From Trichinella spiralis (taxonomy: Eukaryota), in contig NW_003526941.1 in NCBI RefSeq assembly GCF_000181795.1, positions 11,272,161-11,336,160 of the forward strand: a stretch of DNA of 64,000 nucleotides. Reading direction: 5' to 3'. Of the stretch, positions 55,239 through 64,000 are shown piece after piece. The stretch's first letter is position 1. Every line of letters starts with the position of its first letter. The position numbers were made by a program, and so were the translations under genes. The notes beneath the pieces were generated by a model, which saw nothing but the letters and a program-made list of their open reading frames with translations, was not told the DNA's origin and ran no database searches.

Positions 55239-57186
55239 ACGCCGGTAATTGGCCAGTATTGAATATAGTTCGTGCGGTGTTTAATAATTAATAATGCGAA
55301 TTTCTGTTCTCGAAAAATGAACCACTAGATGATTTTACATACTTGTAGTATTTTTATGGGGATCGTCTTTGCGAGCATGCTGCTGCTCGGCCACTTCTGC
55401 ATTCCCATAAAATGCATCTCATTAGTTTGGTTGATTCGCGTATGCAAAATTAGAAATCACTGTCGAACCGCGCGTCGGATTTACCAATTATGCCAATCTC
55501 CTCGTCTTTTTGCATTTGTTTTGTCATATTATTCTTTCTATGCTATTTTTTTCTTCTTTTTATCTCTTTTGCTTTTTCTCTTACTTATTCTCTGTTTTTC
55601 TCGAAATACGTCGTCGTCGTCGTCGTCGTCGTCGTCTTACGCTCTTCACCTTTATCTTGTTTAAACTTTTGTTGTACAATTTGTTTTTACCCGCTGCTGT
55701 TTTTACAGTATGCTCAAATTTGATTTTTTTTCTCTGTTTTTAAAAATTTATTCATTTGACAATTTGTGTTTTCTCAGCATTCGGTCAGAGGCGTATTTGT
55801 GATGGCGCCTTGGCGTTTTTTTGTGTTGTCTTCTATCAGCGAGATATATTTGTATTTTGATGGACTTTTTGCATTTCTACGCATAATACAAACCAAACAG
55901 ACACGCACACACAGACACGTACAGCAGTGAAAAAGTATGAATGGATTAATTTTTTTTGATAACATAGAAGTTTTGTATTATAATAACAGAAGCACATTTA
56001 TCACGTTAATAATATGTGTCGCATGTTGAATTTTTACAGTGAAGTGGGCACAGCAAGTAAATCAGTATGAGCTCGAATGTTGACAATGAAATAAACAATC
56101 ATTTTGGTTTTCTGTTGTGTGATTCTTCAACGTAGATGCTCAACGTAGCTTGTATTTTTCACATTTCAAAAAAAGCATTGAAATGATATGCTATACAAAA
56201 TATAAACCTCTGGCTGGTGTGAATTTCTTCTGGTTGCCTACTTTTGGTCTCTTATTTCAGTTCGTTGTTAATTATATTTTATTCTTTTGTAGCAACAGCA
56301 GCAGCTGTGAATAATTGGAAATTTAATTATGCATATCCGTATGGTGAACATTGAATCTGCTTTTGAAATTGGATTGTTTTCATACTTTATTACTTCAATT
56401 TCAGATTGATGTATTTTTTTCTTTTTGATTTTAATGGGCGCTTTGCTTGAAGCTGTGAAAAGCTTTCATCTCTGAGTTGATGCAAGTCACTACTACTATT
56501 CACACTTGTTAATGGTATTATTGCTTATTGTAATTGCAATCTTTTCAACCTCTCAGCGATCATTTGTTATTCTTTTATTCTAATGAAAAATGAATCCTTT
56601 TTTTCATTAAAACGATTGAGTTAGAAAAATAATTAGGCTGTAATGAAGCGCGTGGTAAATTGTTATATCCTGAAAACTTATATGCTGTTTTCTTCCGTTT
56701 CTTTTTTGTACACTTGTAGCTGCTTATTATTAATTTGCTTTAATTGTACATGAAAATCGATGCCGATGTTTCTAGAAGTATACTTTTTAGAATTTTTTTT
56801 CTTTTTGTCAGTAATACGATTGAAAGGAAAAGTTTTTGCATTTATTATGAGCTTTGTAAAGAAAAAGCACCATAATGATTGCATTAGTTTTTAATAACAT
56901 TTTAAGCTAAATTTAAGTCATTTTTCCAGATTGTAATTCAGTTTGAAATTTTTTCACAGCTTTGTACTTGTTCTGTTATTTATTGCTTCATATGAAAAGA
57001 TTGGCTAGGCATCAAAAAATATCCATTCTTATATATATATATACTTTGAACTGTGCATAATCAATTTGAATATTCTTGCTGATTTACGCAAATTATTTTT
57101 AAATTATTTGAATAATTTTTTAACGATTCAATAAGTAAGACGATAAATTTATATTCATTCAGAAATTGGTCTTATTTTTTTCTCTT

Positions 57187-59747
57187 TTAAAAGCGTTTCA
57201 CGGATGTTTTCATAATAACCTAAAATAAAATTATTTCATTGAGAATAAAATTGAAAAGCAAGTACATTTTTGTATTGTTTCATACTGTTGTTGTTGTGGT
57301 TGTTTTTTAATTCAAAATTGTAAAATGGTACTTACTGTTTTCACTTCACAGTATTCTTTGACTCCTTCCCATCCACTAAAGTTAAGCAATGATAATTGTT
57401 CAGCAAAGAAAGGAAATTGACAAGCCTACTGTTCTCTTCCAATTCCTGATTCCTTGTATCCGCCAAACGGCATCTGAGGGCATACTACGTGATGGCAGTT
57501 GACCCTGAATTTGAAAAATGAATGTTGGCAATGATGGTTTTGATGAAAGTTATGCATTTCTGTTACCAGGCTGTTCCAGCTTGTACCGCATTAATGAATT
57601 TGATTGCGTTGTCAAAATTTTTGGTAAAAATCGACGCAGCCAATCCGTAATTTGTATTATTTGCTCTTTCGATAACCTTAAAAATCAGTTTGGATTTGTA
57701 TTCGACGTTGAATAGATTGTAAAGCAGACTGTTTGGGTTGTTTGCAATATATATTCACCTCATCCAGAGTTTTGAATTTCATTATTTGTTGCACCGGACC
57801 GAAAATTTCCTCCTTTGCAATGCGCATATTGTCAGTGACGTCGGCAAATACGGTAGGTTGAATGTAATATCCAGGACCGACAATCGCTTCTCCTCCACAG
57901 AGAAGTTTTGCACCTTCTCGTTTTCCACTCTCGATCAGCTGCAAGATGTGATGAAATGCTTTGGAATCTACCTGCAACAAAATGATGATGATGAACTTTG
58001 AGAAGATGATGCAAATTAAATTGACATTAAGAATGAATTTTTGTAAAAAGGAAAATCCAATTTTACCTGTGGTCCGTGTTCCACTTCGGGATCGAATGGG
58101 TCTCCAATAATTTTCCGCTTAGCAAATTCGACCGCTTTTTCGACAAATTCATTATAAATTTCTTCTTGCACGTAGCATCTTGAAGCAGCGGTGCAACACT
58201 GGCCCATGTTGTGGAACAATCCAAAATGGCACATTTTGGCAGCAAAATCCACTAAAAACATGTTTCCCACTTTATTATATATATATATGTACTTGCAAAA
58301 TTAAGCTTATTGTTAGTGTGTGTGTGTGTGTGTGTCTGTGTGTGTTTGTATGCATGCATGTAGTATGTATGGTGAATTTGAAAATTCAGTTGTGCAAAAT
58401 TTTGATGTGACACGTAAAATGGCTTACCATCCGCATCAGCGAAAACAATGCATGGACTCTTTCCGCCCAGAAGGAGGGTGGTTCTTTTTAAATTTGATGT
58501 GGCCGCAGCTTCCATGATCAATTTGCCAATTTTGGTGCTTCCTGTGAAACTTATTTTGTCGACATTCATGTGATGTGCAAGCGCAGCTCCGGCTTTAGGA
58601 CCAAATCCAGGTACAACATTGATCACACCAGGTGGCAGTCCAGCCTGTTCGAAAGTAAAATGTTAATTTCTTACTATTCACAGTTACTGGCTTTTTGATT
58701 CAGTGATTTTGCTGTTTCTTCAATATATTTTATGCAGTTTTATGTTCAATAAATCTTGTTTAAATTCGATTATTCCAGATGAAAAGTTGCAGTTAAATAG
58801 CGATTACCTCTGCCACCAATGAGGCGAAATGCAATGCTGAAAGTGGCGTTTGTTCTGCAGGTTTTATCACCAGTGTGCAGCCGGCACATAAAGCAGGTCC
58901 AACTTTCCAGCATAGCAGAGTTAATGGAAAGTTCCACTAATAGAAATTTTAAACAGTTGGTTGGACTAAGACTTGGATCGACCAATATAAGTAAGACATA
59001 CTGGCAAAATAATGGCGCAAACTCCGACTGGTTCTAGACGAGTGAATGCGAAATAGTCGTCATCAATAGGGACCGTTTGTCCGCACAGTTTATCCGCATA
59101 GCCACCGAAGTAGCGTAAAAATTTCGCTCCAGAAAAGATATCATTGACGGCATCTTTGAATGGCTTACCCACATCCAGTGTGTCGAGTGTCTGAAGTAAT
59201 TTTTGTTATTTCAATTTTTTGGACACTGTCCGCAAACTGACCGCCAAAATGGCCACGTCTCGTTCGATCAGGTCAGCCAATGTGAATAAATATTTTCCAC
59301 GTTCTGATGCGTTCATCCGACGCCAAATGCCATCCTTGTGAAAAGCACGGCGTGCAGCTTCAACAGCTTTGTCTATATCTGGCTTCTCTGCTGCCTTTGT
59401 GAAAAAACGGTCAAAAGCATTAATTTTCAAACTTAGTCATCATACTGTAGTCGTTAATTTTTACTTGAATGTCAGCAACTTTTTTTCCATTCGATGGATT
59501 GATATCAGCGAAAGTATTGCCTTTTGTAGAATTGCTGAATTGGTTATTTATGAAAATCTCAAAAACAAGCACCGACATTAGAGACAGTTTTTCACAGTTC
59601 TATTTTAACTTAAGTAAGAAAAATTTACATCTAGAACATTAATATTATTTTTTTACTTTTAGTTAATTGTTACAGTCACAAATTCAATAGTCTTCTTACT
59701 TTTGTATATTTAATTTCTATGTTTTTCAGTGGTTTCACTTCGTTCAT
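57187..59747 (-). CDS. Aldehyde dehydrogenase, ALDH1/2 class, with substituted general-base residue; multi-exon
   Basis: [92 protein letters not shown] and [17 protein letters not shown] 59747 directly follows a polypyrimidine-AG (trans-splice site or upstream exon). Confidence 0.93.
58316..58345. repeat. (TG)n microsatellite in an ALDH intron
   Basis: gtgtgtgtgtgtgtgtgtgtctgtgtgtgt seen directly. Confidence 0.85.
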
Positions 59748-62700
59748 CTAAAAAAATATAATTAACAAATGTATAATACTTATTTTGCTTTTAGTTGTTT
59801 TTCGTTTCTCGTCAACATGAAATTGTGTAAATATGTTCGATTGATGTATGAACGGAGAAATTGCTTTACCACTTCACAAACATATATATATATATATATA
59901 TATTCGTTGTGAAGTAATGAAATTACCAAAAATTAAATAGTATTTATAGTAAAATTGTAACATTTCAGTTTAGATAAGAATGATATAATTGTTTATAAAA
60001 ATTCTAATTATAAAATGATGTCATTAAAAAAAACAAATGCAAAATAGTAAAATAATGCGACATTTCTAATAAGCATTTGTTACTTGGTTTGAAAAATGCC
60101 AACTTAGCTGTTTGTACGATAACCAAGGCATATTTATTGTTTGGTTTATTATTTTCCTTTTTTTATGACATTAAGTGACATTAGAAAATCAGAGTTATCC
60201 ATTTTTGTTTAAATGTATGTTGAATATCAAGTAAGTAATACACATTGTATAACATTTTAAAGGTGTTGGTAATTACACTGCAATTTTTAGATTGTGCTGT
60301 TGTTCAACAGTTGAACTCAACTCAGCTCTCACACGTTCAGCTTAAACTTAAAATGGACACTCATTTGCAACCACTAAATAGATAGACAGATCTTTATTCA
60401 ACGAGAACTAAACAAAACACTACGACCACGTTGGAAACTACCGTAAACCAAACTCAAGCAAAAATTTGTAATCGCTTCCAGTACTTTTTATTTTTGAAAA
60501 ATTTGATTTTGAATTTTTTTTCATCTCTGCAATATTTCAAACAAAATTTGCTCGCGTTTCAGTGAAAACTATGACTATATCATCAGTGAATATAATTATT
60601 ACAGGATGAATATTTTTAATCAAGCATGACCTCATGTTTTGGAAAATTGTTTTGATCCATATCAACTCAACGCAGTTATTATACCGAAAAGACTATTGTT
60701 TATCCAAAAATTTCCATTGCCAGTAAATACATTAATGCATATGGTGATATTCAAAACAGTTATGCTGATCAACGAAGATAAATCGAAATATTATTAAGAA
60801 CAATACTTTGCAAAACGTTGTAAGAACTTCAAACACATGTTTATTGGATCGAACGAAATAAGCTACTTAATAAAATTTACACGCTACTACGAAATGAAAA
60901 TGAGATGGTAATTCAAACTCAGGTAATGTATTTTGTTCTTTGCATAATTTGCATACTACTCCTTCACTGATTTTAAGTTTCATGATCCAGTATCAGTCAT
61001 TCTGTGAGTGTATCATTATCACAGAACCTGCTCAACTTCCAATTCTGTTTGTCAATTGCCATCTATGACAGAAAGTTATGCTACGTATCTATAATTTCAT
61101 AACTTTTAACAGACCCACTGTCCTCTCTATATACATTAAATTCATTTCAAATGACCATCATTAGTTTAATATGTCACTCAGTTTGAAATGTTTTATCAAA
61201 TCATTACTTTTTCTCTCATTTTACAACAAGATAGTATTTAATATAAAATGAGTATGCATTCCATTTCTTACATTGTTTTAAGTATTTAAATTATACTTCG
61301 TAATAGAGATGACATGAGAGTCTCCGTAATGGGAATTGTTTATATGTTTGGCAAAGCTAAAATTAAATTTTCTCCTCAACCAAAATGCATTAGTTAAGTA
61401 AATAAAGCGCAATGAAAAATATACAGTAGCCATATTTATCAGCAGAAACGAATGAAATAAAAATTTGCATGTTAAGTCGTTTGCTTTATTGACATATTGG
61501 CATAATTTTAGTTTGGGGCCGTCCGTGTATGAGAGCAGTGCGTTTTGATTGGAAAATTAACTGAAGACCAATATCAAATGCCAAACACTAAATTTGCTTT
61601 TTATTCATTGTTATTCTTTGGAATAATTTCTGAAAAATAATTTTTCAATCTACATCCAAAGACAATGAACATTAACGATGAGAAGATGACGCATTTAGCA
61701 GTAAGTGGCAGTTTTATCATTTTTAAGTTTTAATCATTTAACACAATGCAATTGAGAATCGATATTTAGCGTACTTTCTCAACATATTGTATGAAGAATT
61801 CTCAAAATCAGATAATAGGTGACATAATAAACGCCAAATTTCCGTACAATTAAGATTCATTAAATGCACCTTGTGCGCATTGTTTATCTATCTTTAAAAT
61901 ATAGTCTTTCGAAAATCACCTTGCAGTAGCTAACATGCACTTTCAATTGAGCATAATCAAGCTTTTGCTCGGAAATGGTTCACTTAAAATTAGCTTCATT
62001 TGAACCATTTGCTTTAATGGCTTAAGAAAATTTTCATTTTGTTTTGTTATGGCGTTTTTTGTCAGATACTTTATATTTTGACTGAATTTTAAATGTAAGG
62101 GTCATTTTTAAATTTTCAAATAGTCCTTTCCTTATTGATAGAATTTAGCAGTGCATTTCTTCTGCTCATATTATGGCTTAGGTTAGACTTTATATTTAGC
62201 CAAAAGTTCTAACACAATGAAAATCGGTTTCTAACGCTGCATTATGCAAATAAGGATCGCAATAACGCTGCCTTATCATCAGTAAGGGTGCGTTTGTTTG
62301 TTTAATTTACGTAGCAATTGGTAGCTTCGTTGAACGTTCTCTGAGTTCATTACGGGCGTTAAGTAGCTGCTGAAGTCGGTTTCAGAATTATTGACAAGTA
62401 TTCCATTTTTTTGCTTTTTATTTTTTTAAAACTTTGTATACTCATTTTCTGAACAATTATTTTTTAATTAGAAAGTAGTTAATTATTATATTTGTTATAA
62501 CTCTGTTTTGTGCTGAAGTGAGAACACTTTTGATTTAATATCATTATTGCAGGTTTAATGAATGGAGCAAAGAAAATGCGAAATCACCGACGACACGACG
62601 CAGATCACGGACGGAACGAAGCAGAACAAGAGAAGACAAAGTTCCTGGGACCCCAATTCTGTAGGTCTGGGATTGGGATACTTCGAAAGGGTGAAGTTAT

Positions 62701-64000
62701 CCCAAAGTTGTCATTAAGTTAACGATCAACCTACATGGCTGAGTTTTGAATTAATGCAGTACTTGGTCTTTCACGCAACAAAATTTATGTATGCAACTGC
62801 TTTCATGTGTCGAAATAATTTTTGATTTTTGCTTATTTTGTAAGCCCCATTTACGTAAGACACTATTTTATACTTTTTATCTTCACTTATTATTATAATC
62901 TTTGGTGTTGGCTCATTACATTGTTATTATACGTTTTCAAGGCATACATGCATTTCTAGGTCAGCAGAATAACTTTATGCAAATATGATGGTAAGCACTG
63001 CCGTTGGCATACTATTACGTGCACTTTGTGCTATTCAAATTCCGTAGCAATGTTCCTTATATAAATTTCTGTTTATTGAGAGAACTGCATTATAGTATAA
63101 ATGTTCGCTGCTGAAGGGCGGTCTAATTACTTACTGCATTGCGTTATTTGGTCATTTCGATGCTTCACTGCAACAATTACGTTGTGATTGTTAGACTAAA
63201 AATATGAAGAAACCACGAACATCAGTTACAAAATGTATGACTCTACGTTTGCTTTATACGTCATTTCTGACAGGTCTGCTGACAGGTATGAATTTTCATG
63301 TATTTGCTATTTTTTATACAATATTTCCTTTCATTCTCTTGGCACACTGCACTAAACATACGCGCTTTTTAAGCTTTTCGTAGTAGATTTTAGTTTTTTT
63401 TGAATGGAAACTAGCGCGATGTTCTTCAGTAATGATGTTCAATTAATATTCGAGACTTTATTACGGCCAAGACAATATATAATAGTACTAATGGTATATT
63501 TTGCTATAATTTTCAATAGTCCTTACAAATCCATTTGTAAAGTAGTACTCTGACATAGCAGTTGAAGCCCTCCCGCATTATCTGTACTGTCCACTGTAAT
63601 GTTTATTGCTAAGGTAACATACTTGCCCAATTGTTTAAAGGAAATATCGTGTGCAGTCGCACAATCGCACCCCTAAATGCTTTTCACTGCTCAAATCGTG
63701 CACAAGATTGTTTCAGCATGACATAGGAAAGCTGCTAATAGCTAGAGAACACACTTTTATACTACCACCTTTGATACTTTAAGAATGGCAGTAACGTACC
63801 CTTTATTTTTGAAATGACTCCTTAAAGTTTCTATTATGTCATTGTACCACCAATACCACTGACTTATACAGATGCACCTATTTTAATGTCATTGAGAAAA
63901 TAACTCAATGCCAATCAGTGTTGTCAGTATTGATAAATGAAGCAACCCCTGAATATTATACGTGAAGATTGAGTGGAAGAACGCATATGACGACTTCCAC

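Noticed and set aside
55329..55743. Overlapping ORFs with poly-S/V/R after Ras
   Set aside because: T-rich 3' UTR containing a (GTC)n microsatellite.
60300..64000. Possible decayed transposon or orphan exons (e.g. 60354-60480, 62553-62665, 63550-64000)
   Set aside because: Hand translation of these segments gave stop-ridden or short frames with no recognisable transposase/RT motif, and no terminal repeats were seen. A RepeatMasker or tBLASTx search would be needed.

Overview
This is AT-rich eukaryotic genomic DNA with many short (about 50-80 nt) spliceosomal introns. It is most consistent with a nematode, probably a clade I parasite such as Trichinella (inferred from the let-60/unc-33/unc-79 sequences and intron style, not proven). 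Nine intron-containing genes can be reconstructed by hand: unc-79 (-), CTF18 (+), a circularly permuted ATP-grasp ligase-like gene (+), a secreted triple WAP-like protein (+), COP9 subunit 4 (-), aminoacylase-1 (+), unc-33/CRMP (-), let-60 Ras (+) and an ALDH1/2-type dehydrogenase (-). The main points of interest are: (1) the ATP-grasp gene, a single 1.58-kb GC-rich exon with a bacterial-type permuted ligase signature joined to a host-style 22-nt first exon and TATA/CCAAT promoter, making it a candidate horizontally acquired peptide/amide ligase; (2) two alternative unc-33 first exons that share an [F/I]PFIS[A/G]F motif directly after AUU and CUG codons, suggesting non-AUG initiation; (3) an ALDH whose general-base Glu is replaced by Leu; (4) WAP-like domains that all lack the same disulfide pair; (5) candidate microexon and cassette exon in unc-79, plus several GC-AG introns. 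No rRNA, tRNA, CRISPR array or clearly identifiable mobile element was found. All family assignments come from motif recognition by eye, with no database search.
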